Assembly (NCBI GenBank): GCA_035289485.1
Contig: DATDXA010000054.1
Coordinates: forward strand, 1 to 18,544
DNA: 18,544 bases
Origin: an archaeon
Lineage (GTDB): Archaea; Iainarchaeota; Iainarchaeia; Iainarchaeales; Iainarchaeaceae
Reading direction: 5' to 3'
The notes under the pieces were generated by a model. The model did not search any database and was not told the DNA's origin. It saw only the letters and a list, made by a program, of their open reading frames with translations. Below, one piece after another: positions 1 through 7,779 of this stretch. Made by a program: the position numbers and the translations under genes. Numbering within the stretch: position 1 is the stretch's first letter; every line of letters starts with the position of its first letter.

Positions 1-319
1 TGCAGGCGGAGAGCTAAAGCACGGGACAATCGCCCTTGTAGAGGAAGGTACGCCTGCAATTGCCCTGTCAACTCCGGAAACGAGGCCGCTTACGCTTAGC
101 AACGCAATTGAAATGAAAAGCCGCGGAGCTAAAATAATCGGCGTGGATTCAAAAACATCGGCCGAGTATGATGAATCAATCCAAGTGCCGGATGTGCAGC
201 ACGCCAACCCAATAATGCTCGTTCTTCCAATCCAGCTCCTTGCATATTATCTTGCAGTAGAGCGCAATCTTGATCCGGACAAGCCGCGCAACCTCGCAAA
301 AAGCGTGACGGTGAAGTGA
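1..319 (+). CDS. glmS: Glutamine--fructose-6-phosphate aminotransferase (isomerizing), 3' part, truncated by window edge
   Basis: Frame is open from position 2 (AGGELKHGTIALVEEG...) to TGA at 317-319. Contains the ELKHG motif and the C-terminal D-x-PRNLAKSVTV signature of GlmS. Lies directly upstream of glmM. Confidence 0.96.
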   Translation, partial: AGGELKHGTIALVEEGTPAIALSTPETRPLTLSNAIEMKSRGAKIIGVDSKTSAEYDESIQVPDVQHANPIMLVLPIQLLAYYLAVERNLDPDKPRNLAKSVTVK

Positions 320-324
320 TTTAG

Positions 325-1680
325 ATGAACAGGGAACTTTTCGGAACAGATGGCGTGCGTGGCAAGGCAAACCACTACCCAATGACGCCCGAACTTGTTC
401 TCAAATTAGGGAAAGCCATTGCGCTGCATTTTGAAAAGAAAGGCGTCACGCCAAAAATTGTTATTGGAAAAGACACGCGCCTCTCTGGCTACCTGCTTGA
501 GACCGCACTCACTTCCGGTTTGGTTTCAATGGGCGCAACGGTCTGCCTTGTCGGACCTGTTCCAACTCCCGCGGTTTCATATCTTGCCCGCACACTTGAA
601 GCCAATGCGGGGATTATGATTTCTGCCTCGCACAACCCCGCAGAGGACAACGGAATAAAGCTCTTTGACAGCAAAGGCTACAAGCTCTCGGATTCGGATG
701 AATATAGCATTGAGCAGATACTTTTCTCGCCCGAGCTAAACAACGGCTTTCATGACGGGCGCTCCATTGGAAAGGCATTCAGGGTTGAGGATGCGCAGCA
801 GCGCTACCGCGAATTCGCAAAATCAACCATTGCCGGAGTATCCCTAAAGGGCATCAAAGCAGTGATTGATTGCGCTAACGGGGCTGGCTATAAGGTTGCT
901 CCGCAAATATTCTCAGAACTCGGAGTGCAGGTTGTTGCAATCCACAACCAGCCGGATGGCTCTAACATAAACCTCGAGTGCGGTGCAACCCACATAAAGA
1001 GCCTTTCTGCAAAGGTTGTGGAAGAGAAAGCAAATATTGGCATTGCGCTAGATGGCGATGCCGACCGCGTGATTGTAGTCAATTCCTCGGGCGAAGAAGT
1101 CGATGGCGACCGGATAATGGCTGCTCTTGCAAAGGGCCTAAATGAGCGTAAAAAGCTCGTGAATAGCACAATTGTCGCAACAATAATGAGCAATGCGGGC
1201 TTTGAAAAGCACATGAATGAAAATGGCATTTCAGTTGTCCGGACAAAGGTAGGGGACCGCTATGTAATTGAGGAGATGCTGCGCTCTGGTTCCAATTTTG
1301 GCGGAGAGCAGAGCGGCCATATAATATTTGGGGATTATTCAACCACTGGAGACGGAATAATAACCGCGCTGCAGGTGCTCTGCCTTATGAAAGAGCAGGG
1401 CAAGAGCGTTGCAGAGCTTTGCAATTCCTTCAAGCTCTATCCGCAGGTTATCACAAACCTTAAAGTAAAAGAAAAAATCCCATTCGAGCAGCTCCCAAAG
1501 GTCTCTGCCCAAATAAAGCTTGCGGAAAAAGAGCTAAATGGCTCTGGAAAGGTTCTTGTGCGCTATAGCGGCACTGAAAACATTCTGCGAATCATGGTAG
1601 AGGGCGAATCCGAAATCAAAATAAGGGAACTCGCTGAAAATATTTCGGCTAATGCAAAGGAGGAGATAGGCTTTGAGTGA
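325..1680 (+). CDS. glmM: Phosphoglucosamine mutase
   Basis: 451 aa. N-terminal LFGTDGVRG, phosphoserine loop SASHNP, metal loop DGDADR, sugar-binding GEQSGH, C-terminal VRYSGTE. Between glmS and a glmU-like gene. Confidence 0.96.
   Translation: MNRELFGTDGVRGKANHYPMTPELVLKLGKAIALHFEKKGVTPKIVIGKDTRLSGYLLETALTSGLVSMGATVCLVGPVPTPAVSYLARTLEANAGIMISASHNPAEDNGIKLFDSKGYKLSDSDEYSIEQILFSPELNNGFHDGRSIGKAFRVEDAQQRYREFAKSTIAGVSLKGIKAVIDCANGAGYKVAPQIFSELGVQVVAIHNQPDGSNINLECGATHIKSLSAKVVEEKANIGIALDGDADRVIVVNSSGEEVDGDRIMAALAKGLNERKKLVNSTIVATIMSNAGFEKHMNENGISVVRTKVGDRYVIEEMLRSGSNFGGEQSGHIIFGDYSTTGDGIITALQVLCLMKEQGKSVAELCNSFKLYPQVITNLKVKEKIPFEQLPKVSAQIKLAEKELNGSGKVLVRYSGTENILRIMVEGESEIKIRELAENISANAKEEIGFE
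1657..1666 (+). promoter_or_regulatory. Shine-Dalgarno sequence (AAGGAGGAGA) for the TTG start at 1673, inside the glmM 3' end
   Basis: GGAGG ends about 9 nt upstream of TTG 1673. The two CDSs overlap by 8 nt, consistent with translational coupling. Confidence 0.7.
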
Positions 1681-2266
1681 AAAAATCATTTCCGAAGCCG
1701 AAAAGCTTATTTCTGCAAACGAGCCGTTTGAGTTCTGGAAACTGCTTGAGAAATCCGAACAGGAAATCAAAACCCTGAAAACAAAAGTGCTTGGTGCGGT
1801 TGAAGACGGTGTGATAATAAAGGGCGAAGTGTTTGTTGGCAGTGGAACCGTAATAAAATCCGGCACGCGCACGGAAGGGAATGTATACATCGGTGCGAAC
1901 TGCACTATTGGGCCGAATGCATACCTTCGCAACGGAACAATAATTGCGGACAACTGCCATATCGGGACTTCGGAAATAAAGAATTCAATCATCCTTTCCA
2001 AATCAAATGTCCCGCATTATTCCTATGTTGGCGATTCGGTGATCGGGCGCAACTGCAACCTGGGCGCCGGAACGAAAGTCGCTAATCTGCGCCACGATAA
2101 TGGCACCGTTAAGGTAATGCTCGACGGAAAGAGACTCGATTCAGGAAGAAGGAAGCTTGGCGCTTTGCTCTTTGATGACGTGAAATGCGGGATTAATTCG
2201 TCGCTGAACTGCGGCACAATCCTTCTCAAGGGTGCGAAAGTTATGCCGAATGAATTTGTGAAGTAA
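1673..2266 (+). CDS. Stand-alone left-handed beta-helix acetyltransferase, homologous to the C-terminal domain of archaeal GlmU (probable glucosamine-1-phosphate N-acetyltransferase)
   Basis: 197 aa of hexapeptide repeats with IGPNAYLR, EIKNSII, PHYSYVGDSVIG, NLGAGTKVANLRHD and SGRRKLGA, typical of archaeal GlmU C-termini. No GxGxR nucleotidyltransferase domain. TTG start with strong SD. Confidence 0.85.
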   Translation: MSEKIISEAEKLISANEPFEFWKLLEKSEQEIKTLKTKVLGAVEDGVIIKGEVFVGSGTVIKSGTRTEGNVYIGANCTIGPNAYLRNGTIIADNCHIGTSEIKNSIILSKSNVPHYSYVGDSVIGRNCNLGAGTKVANLRHDNGTVKVMLDGKRLDSGRRKLGALLFDDVKCGINSSLNCGTILLKGAKVMPNEFVK

Positions 2267-2311
2267 AAAAAATTCTATTTTGCTATTTATTTTTTCTTGC
2301 GCTTATTTTTA
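2267..2311. terminator. T/A-rich spacer between convergent genes, probable archaeal oligo-T terminator region
   Basis: T runs on + (TATTTTTTCTT, TTATTTTT) after the glm operon and an A run on + (T run on -) at 2265-2272. Confidence 0.45.
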
Positions 2312-2818
2312 TCATTCTAATTTGACACGGGCAAAATCTTCTCTTGCATGTCTAAGATATGTGCTGAGTGATCTAGCTGTTTCTTCTCCCACCAGTTTCT
2401 CTAGTTCTTTTCGAAGCTTCAAATAACTTTCTGAGGGGCCTCTTATCCAAGTGTCTCTGTCTTCATCAATTGCGTCCTCTATCTCTATGGCTCTTTTGAT
2501 TGTGGCCGGATTGTTTATTTTCGTATTATGCATCACATATTTTAGTGCAATCATTTCACAAATCATTTTTCCGGCTGTGTTTGGCGGGCCAAAAAGCTTT
2601 ATGTATTCTCGTGGAAGTTTTGCAGTTTCCTCGATGTCCTTTACCCGGGCCCCGAGAACTTCTGGCATCTTCTGAGCTTTGTAGAATGTTTCTAAAAATA
2701 TTCTTCTGAATTCTGGCGTTGAATGTTTATAAAATACAACCCTCATCCCGGACTTTTTTCTTGTGGGCACACTTGGTTTAACGATTTTTTTACGTCTTCC
2801 AACTGGTTTATTTGCCAT
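2312..2818 (-). CDS. Hypothetical protein, 168 aa, with Lys/Arg/Pro-rich N-terminus and helical body
   Basis: The ORF track starts at 2860, but ATG 2818 (MANKPVGRRKK...) lies 4 nt after the ATPase stop at 2823-2825 and avoids overlap. No recognisable family. Sampled lines are about 37-43% GC. Confidence 0.7.
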   Translation of the reverse strand: MANKPVGRRKKIVKPSVPTRKKSGMRVVFYKHSTPEFRRIFLETFYKAQKMPEVLGARVKDIEETAKLPREYIKLFGPPNTAGKMICEMIALKYVMHNTKINNPATIKRAIEIEDAIDEDRDTWIRGPSESYLKLRKELEKLVGEETARSLSTYLRHAREDFARVKLE

Positions 2819-2822
2819 GTTA

Positions 2823-5800
2823 TTAACCTTTATATTTTTTGTTTGAATCCTCATTACCAATTATCTTCCCATTAACCGCATCAATTATCGCCACCCTCTG
2901 CTTCGCATCAAGCGAGAGCACAACTTCCCACACGGGCTTGTAAAGCGGCTCGACTTTTTTCACAATAATCCCCGGCCAGATTCTCTTCATTGCATCTGCC
3001 GCGTCCTCTTTTGTATAATTCTCCTTCTCAACGCTCAGAGCCTCCGCCTTCACAAAGGGCAAGCCCGCAAGAGAGCCTAAAAGATCATGCCTCTCATTGG
3101 GCGGCAAATCCATTTTCTGCTTCATTGCATAAGCGACTTTTCCGCTTCTCTTGTCCGTGATTTTCGTAATTATTCCGCCTTCCAGGAGCTTTTGCAGAAC
3201 CCTTCTTGCGCGAGCCTCATCAAGTGAAGCATTAGCCATAATCTCTTCAATTAGCATCTCCCTCTTGTGAAGCGCGCTTACAACCCTTATTTCATCATCG
3301 GCAAGAGCCGACATTGTGCGCAGCCCAACCGATTCTACAAAATCGCCGTTGTGAAAGTGCACGAACTCTCCAGTCATTGAATTGATAAAGCACTCGCGCG
3401 AAATAAATTCCTTTCTTCCCGTGAGCGAATCGAATTTTACCCTCCAAAGAGGCGAGTACTTGAGCTGGATTGATTCAATCCTCTCAGAATTTCCAAAAAG
3501 CCCCAAAAATCCTTTCCTGCGCACGCCCTCGACAATTCTGCGGCACGCCTCTTCCTGCACCCTCACTGGCAGCGCGAGAAGTTCAAGCGAAGTGTCAACA
3601 ACATCCCCTTCTTCAACTTCACTTGCCTCTGTTTTCGTGCCTTTAAGTTCCTGCGCCGCGATTTCCTCTGCGGAAAGCCCCTTTTCAATGTCTTCCTGCG
3701 TATTTTCAATCTCTTCATCTTCGCTATCTTCCGAGGGCTCCTCAGCCTGCTCCGTTTCCTCTTCGCTCTCATCAGATTCGGCAGCTTCTGCAACACCTGC
3801 GAGCATCAGCGCATTAGAGCCTATCACAATCCCTTTTGCGGCAAGCGCTGCAAGAACCTTTTTGAAATCCACAGTGCCCCTGTACTTTAGATTGAGCGTA
3901 TCCACTGCAAGCCTTGCCTTCTCAAGGTCAATTTTTTTCTGCGAGTTTATGTCCCTTAGAAGCATCTCAATTGCAATATTTTGCACCTGTGATTCATCAA
4001 AAGTTTCCGTCATCTGGTTGCTTTCCGCATCACGGCCCTCGTGCTGTGACTTGCGCGGCCTGATGCCAATCACAAATGCCCTGCTGGTTTCCTCGCGCCT
4101 ATCCCCAGTGAGCGCAACACCTACCGGAAGGGTTTTGATAAAATTCGGAACCCTGTAGCGGCGGGGAATTATTGTGGGCGTCCTTTTGAATACCGCCTTT
4201 ATGTCATCGTCAAAAATAAGCTTGTGAGTCATTATGACATCAAGCTGGCTTAGGACTTTGGTGTTGATTGCAGAGGGCTGCTGTGTTGCAAACACAAGCG
4301 AGAGCCCCGGGCGCCTTCCCTGCTTTACATACTCAATCAGCCCTGCGGTTGCAGGAGTGACCTCATTTCCGCTTGGAATTAATGTGTGCGCCTCATCAAT
4401 AAAAAGCCAGGTGGGCGGAACTTCCTGCTCTAAAAGCTCATTCATGTTTAGTTCCTTGAACTTGTTTGCGGCTTCCTTTCTTGTTGAAATTTTCCTCGCC
4501 GCAAGCAGCCTGCGTGCGAGTATTCCTATGACAAGCGCTGTGACATTGTCCTCTAGAAATGAAGTGTCAAGAATTGTTAGCTGCCCTTCGCGCGAGAGCT
4601 CTCCAAGAGGGGTTCCTTTTGAGTGGAATATTCCCCAATTTTTAGCTGCTTCAAATCTGCTCACAATCGCGCGTATAGAATCCTGCTTGTATCCCTTGTC
4701 CCTGCTGTTTAGTTCCGCATCTGTTTCAAGGCAGCGTATGAGATCCTCAAGTGAATAATCCTTTCCCTTCCCCTCAATTTTTCTTGATTTCTGCGGTCTT
4801 TTCGCTTCACCTTTCTCCTGCGCTGCCTTCTCTTCAGGCTCAATTTGCGTGTAGCCCTTCTCCACTTTTTTGAGGGCCTTTTCAAGCAGCAAGCCAGATA
4901 CTGAAAAGCGGTCCACTCCGAATGTGAGTGCCCAATCCTCGCCAGTCAGAAGCGAAGGCTGGATTGAAAAGCCCGCATTGTAAGTGGATTTTGGAACTTC
5001 TTTCATCATCCCGAACGGAATGAAAACTTTGATGTTGCTAAGGCCCTTGGGTTCAAGCCCCCATTCGCGCAGCTTCTCTATCTCCTTCTCGTCCTTGTTT
5101 GGAAATTTCATTGACCAGAAAACACCGACAGGGTCAACAACAATTGTCCCAACATTGCGGTTCTTCTCCGCAAGCTCTTCTGCAACAACTCCAAGAACGT
5201 AAGATTTTCCAGATCCGCGCGCTCCGCACACAAACACAACATGCGGATTGAGGCTGTCAAGGAACACCTCATTGTTCTCAAATTCCTTTTCATTGACCCT
5301 TCCGATGTGCAGCGCTGCCTCATACCCGAACCTTTTGAAAATGCTAGCCTTTCGCCCGATGAAAACGGAATTCTTTTCCTTGTCTGCAAGGAATGTGAGC
5401 TTTTCAGCAGAAGGGCCCTCATCAATAATGCCTTCGGAAGCCATCGCGGCATTATCCATTATTTTTTTCCTTATTGCGTCCTTGTGCGGCACCACAGGCG
5501 CTGCTTCGCCAATTGGCGCCTTCATCTCATCCGGCTCTTTGGAATCGTGGTCGACATCATAATCGAATTCATCATCAGACCATTCGTCTGCGTTCTTGTC
5601 CTTGCTATCTTTTGCGCCCTCTTCCTCATTTTTTCCCTCTTCAAACCCAAAATCATCATCCTCTGCCTTTTCTTCTTCCTCTTCAGTTGGTTCCTCATCC
5701 GTTTCTTTTTTAATTTTCTTTTGCTTTGGCGCAACGGATTTTTTCTTGCGCGGCTTTGAAAGCTCAGTTTCATCGGTTTCTTCTTTCACAAGAACCGGTT

Positions 5801-6113
5801 CTACCATATCTTCAGGGTCATCTTCCGCGCCGCCAGCGCTTTTTTTGGTGTCTTCTTTTTCCTCATCATCGTCCTCGAGGTCACCTTCCTCTGCATCCTC
5901 TTCGTCCCCGAGGATTTCATCCTCATTCTTGTCCATGGCATCCTTCAGCTTTTCAACCGCCTGTTTTTTCTTCCCGCTAAGCACCTCATCAAACAGGTCG
6001 GTTTCCGCCGGGTTTACGGTGGTTTTCTCTATCCTTTCATCCTCGCCAAAATCGCGGGCCTTTTCGCCCATTTCATCGGCTTCTTTGCCCTTGTTGCCAT
6101 TTTCAGTAGCCAT
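2823..6113 (-). CDS. HerA/FtsK/VirB4-superfamily P-loop ATPase (DUF87-like) with long acidic N-terminal region and C-terminal winged-helix-like extension
   Basis: 1096 aa. Walker A GARGSGKS (5202-5225), VVDPVG strand, Walker B LFIDEAH, arginine finger/sensor GRRPGLSLVFATQQP, preceded by PHVVFVCG as in HerA-like ATPases. Confidence 0.9.
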   Translation of the reverse strand: MATENGNKGKEADEMGEKARDFGEDERIEKTTVNPAETDLFDEVLSGKKKQAVEKLKDAMDKNEDEILGDEEDAEEGDLEDDDEEKEDTKKSAGGAEDDPEDMVEPVLVKEETDETELSKPRKKKSVAPKQKKIKKETDEEPTEEEEEKAEDDDFGFEEGKNEEEGAKDSKDKNADEWSDDEFDYDVDHDSKEPDEMKAPIGEAAPVVPHKDAIRKKIMDNAAMASEGIIDEGPSAEKLTFLADKEKNSVFIGRKASIFKRFGYEAALHIGRVNEKEFENNEVFLDSLNPHVVFVCGARGSGKSYVLGVVAEELAEKNRNVGTIVVDPVGVFWSMKFPNKDEKEIEKLREWGLEPKGLSNIKVFIPFGMMKEVPKSTYNAGFSIQPSLLTGEDWALTFGVDRFSVSGLLLEKALKKVEKGYTQIEPEEKAAQEKGEAKRPQKSRKIEGKGKDYSLEDLIRCLETDAELNSRDKGYKQDSIRAIVSRFEAAKNWGIFHSKGTPLGELSREGQLTILDTSFLEDNVTALVIGILARRLLAARKISTRKEAANKFKELNMNELLEQEVPPTWLFIDEAHTLIPSGNEVTPATAGLIEYVKQGRRPGLSLVFATQQPSAINTKVLSQLDVIMTHKLIFDDDIKAVFKRTPTIIPRRYRVPNFIKTLPVGVALTGDRREETSRAFVIGIRPRKSQHEGRDAESNQMTETFDESQVQNIAIEMLLRDINSQKKIDLEKARLAVDTLNLKYRGTVDFKKVLAALAAKGIVIGSNALMLAGVAEAAESDESEEETEQAEEPSEDSEDEEIENTQEDIEKGLSAEEIAAQELKGTKTEASEVEEGDVVDTSLELLALPVRVQEEACRRIVEGVRRKGFLGLFGNSERIESIQLKYSPLWRVKFDSLTGRKEFISRECFINSMTGEFVHFHNGDFVESVGLRTMSALADDEIRVVSALHKREMLIEEIMANASLDEARARRVLQKLLEGGIITKITDKRSGKVAYAMKQKMDLPPNERHDLLGSLAGLPFVKAEALSVEKENYTKEDAADAMKRIWPGIIVKKVEPLYKPVWEVVLSLDAKQRVAIIDAVNGKIIGNEDSNKKYKG

Positions 6114-6183
6114 TGAATAACGCCCAATACATTATGGGATTAGGGAATAAAAGTGTTCCTGTGCAGCGCGCCAAAACTGCTTT

Positions 6184-6465
6184 TTACCATGCGCGCTTTT
6201 TGTAGTTTTTCTCGAAAAAGTAGTATACCGCCGTATTTGTGCTCTGCTGAAGTACCGTTAGCCCGATGCTTGCAACCGGGTTTCCCGTGACAAGCCATGT
6301 AAGCCCAAGCGTTGTTACAAGCGTTACCGCCCTGAACCTGAGGGTTTTATTGAGCGCGGCATTCTTGGTGCCTGCCGCTTTTTCCGAAATCGAATTTTTT
6401 TGCGCCGCAATCCACTTTGGCCCGGAAACGGGAGCCTGAATTTGCTGCGCGGCGTTATCAAACAT
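6184..6465 (-). CDS. Small membrane protein, DUF2061-like
   Basis: 93 aa. KTLRFRAVTLVTTLGLTWLVTGNP...AVYYFFEK matches the KT-x-x-(W/F)R...TG...YY-x-(H/F)E(R/K) pattern of DUF2061 as I recall it. Confidence 0.7.
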   Translation of the reverse strand: MFDNAAQQIQAPVSGPKWIAAQKNSISEKAAGTKNAALNKTLRFRAVTLVTTLGLTWLVTGNPVASIGLTVLQQSTNTAVYYFFEKNYKKRAW

Positions 6466-6498
6466 CTATTGACCCAACTTCTAAATGCTTTGTAATAT

Positions 6499-7236
6499 TT
6501 AACCCTTTTCTTTAGACGCCGGATTCCTCTTTTTTGACAGGAAACGAACTCTCTGCTTTGGCGGCATCCTCTCAACTGCATACCTCAGCATTGTGCGCGG
6601 CATTTTCGAGGCGTGCTTTTCCAAAAATTCAGTAAGTTCCTTTTCCCCTCCGCGCTTTCCGGCCTCGCGCAGCATCCACCCAGCAGCCTTGTGAATCAAA
6701 TCATGCGAATCTCCCATCAGCAGTTCAGAAATCCTGAAAGTGTGCTTGAACTCTCTCTTTTTTATGAAAGCAAAAGTGGAAACCATTGCAATGCGCCTCT
6801 CCCAGATGTTTTCGGATTTTGCAAGAGAGTAAAGAAGCGATGCATCCTTCCCAAAAAGGAACGCTCCGCAGATTTTATCCGCGCTCAAATCCACAAGGTC
6901 CCAGTTGTTTGCGCTTTGCGCGTGCGCGATGTAAAAATCAAATATATTTTTCTTCTCCTGCCCATCGCCTTTCTGGAACTTGTTCACCAGAATCAGAAAT
7001 CCGCAAAGCCTCTCTTCATGCACTTTAGATTCAATGAGCTTCTCCAAATCCAAACGAGCAATCCCAGAAAATTTCTTTGCAACGGCGCGTGTTTGCGGAA
7101 CATTGATGCCAAGGAAAACATCCCCCTCGCCGTACTCGCCCTTTCCGGTCTTGAAAAAGCGCTGGAGTATTTTCGCTTTTTTGGGGTTTTGCATTTTTCC
7201 AAGTTCGGTCTTAACCCCTGGTGCAGTTTCCTTCAT
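6499..7236 (-). CDS. alkD: DNA alkylation repair protein, AlkD-like HEAT-repeat DNA glycosylase family
   Basis: Motifs FFKTGKGEYGEGDVFLG, NNWDLVD, WERRIAMV, HKAAGWMLREAGKR and MPRTMLRYAVE. ATG 7236 preferred over TTG 7254 because TTTAAAA on the - strand (7261-7267) then lies about 25-31 nt upstream. Confidence 0.85.
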   Translation of the reverse strand: MKETAPGVKTELGKMQNPKKAKILQRFFKTGKGEYGEGDVFLGINVPQTRAVAKKFSGIARLDLEKLIESKVHEERLCGFLILVNKFQKGDGQEKKNIFDFYIAHAQSANNWDLVDLSADKICGAFLFGKDASLLYSLAKSENIWERRIAMVSTFAFIKKREFKHTFRISELLMGDSHDLIHKAAGWMLREAGKRGGEKELTEFLEKHASKMPRTMLRYAVERMPPKQRVRFLSKKRNPASKEKG

Positions 7237-7260
7237 GAACGCAAAAAAGCCCAAAAAGCG

Positions 7261-7300
7261 TTTTAAACCGGAGCAAGAACTCCTAGTGAAGGAATATATA
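7261..7300. promoter_or_regulatory. Divergent archaeal promoters for alkD (-) and tRNA-Ala (+)
   Basis: TTTAAAA on - at 7261-7267 upstream of alkD. GAAGGAA-TATATA on + at 7288-7300 (purine-rich BRE plus TATA), about 42 nt before the mature tRNA 5' end. Confidence 0.5.
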
Positions 7301-7341
7301 CGTTTTCCAGCCCAAATTTACTCAATAAGCCTAATTTTTTA

Positions 7342-7415
7342 GGGCCAGTAGCTCAGACAGCTAGAGCGCCTCGTTCGCAACGAGGAGGCGTCGGGTGCAA
7401 GTCCCGACTGGTCCA
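7342..7415 (+). tRNA. tRNA-Ala, anticodon CGC; intron-less, CCA not encoded
   Basis: Acceptor stem GGGCCAG/CTGGTCC with the G3:U70 alanine identity pair, discriminator A, D stem GCTC/GAGC, anticodon arm CCTCG-TTCGCAA-CGAGG (CGC at 7376-7378), T arm TCGGG-TGCAAGT-CCCGA. Confidence 0.95.
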
Positions 7416-7455
7416 GAGCCTTTTTCTTTCTCTTGGCAGAGAAAGAAAAACGCTC
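7416..7455. repeat. Inverted repeat/hairpin directly after the tRNA discriminator base
   Basis: GAGC-C-TTTTTCTTTCTCT [TGGC] AGAGAAAGAAAAA-C-GCTC: 13 perfect pairs, one C/C mismatch, then 4 more pairs. Confidence 0.85.
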
Positions 7456-7545
7456 GCGAAAAAGAAAGAGGGCAAAGCGAAATACGCCGGAAAAGAAAAA
7501 GAACAAATGCGAAATGCGCTGAAAAATAGAAAAAAATACTTTCTT

Positions 7546-7773
7546 TCACATCGCTATAATCTGCTTGCCTTTCTTGTACACATACGCCGAACCGACCATT
7601 GCCGCGAGCCCAACTATATAGAGGATTGTGGCATTTGTGGTATCGCCGCCAAGATGCTGCCGCAGGCCCTCAACTATAGTTGCAATGAAAAGCCCGCCCA
7701 AAAGCACTACCATTGTATAAATCGAAAGCGCCTTTAGTGCCTGCAATTGTATTACTTCAAATTCCTTTGACAT
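7546..7773 (-). CDS. Small hypothetical membrane protein, 75 aa, two predicted transmembrane helices
   Basis: Hydrophobic segments LSIYTMVVLLGGLFIATIV and ILYIVGLAAMVGSAYVY followed by KKGK. TTTATATA box 25-32 nt upstream of the ATG. Confidence 0.8.
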   Translation of the reverse strand: MSKEFEVIQLQALKALSIYTMVVLLGGLFIATIVEGLRQHLGGDTTNATILYIVGLAAMVGSAYVYKKGKQIIAM

Positions 7774-7779
7774 TAGCTA

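Noticed and set aside
296..319. GlmS ending in SVTVK rather than SVTVE
   Set aside because: A single terminal residue change; the catalytic Lys in LAKSVT is intact, so no evidence of altered function.
2312..6113. HerA-based two-gene anti-phage defence system
   Set aside because: The downstream 168-aa protein shows no Sir2, nuclease or other effector motif that I can recognise, so the call is unsupported without a profile search.
3382..6120. Long + strand ORFs (3382-4158, 4234-4758, 5241-5759, 5596-6120 and others)
   Set aside because: Antisense shadows of the ATPase gene. Their Ser/Phe/Leu-rich sequence mirrors Glu/Lys/Asp codons and has no motifs.
6119..6141. CATAATGTAT on the - strand resembling part of a dif (Xer) site
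   Set aside because: Only the left arm end and part of the spacer match; the right arm (TTATGTTAAAT-like) is absent.
6613..7342. + strand ORFs of 217 aa and 120 aa
   Set aside because: Antisense to the well-supported AlkD-like gene and no recognisable features.
7361..7737. ORFs 7361-7549 (-) and 7507-7737 (+)
   Set aside because: The first overlaps the tRNA and low-complexity spacer; the second is antisense to the 75-aa gene that has a clear promoter.
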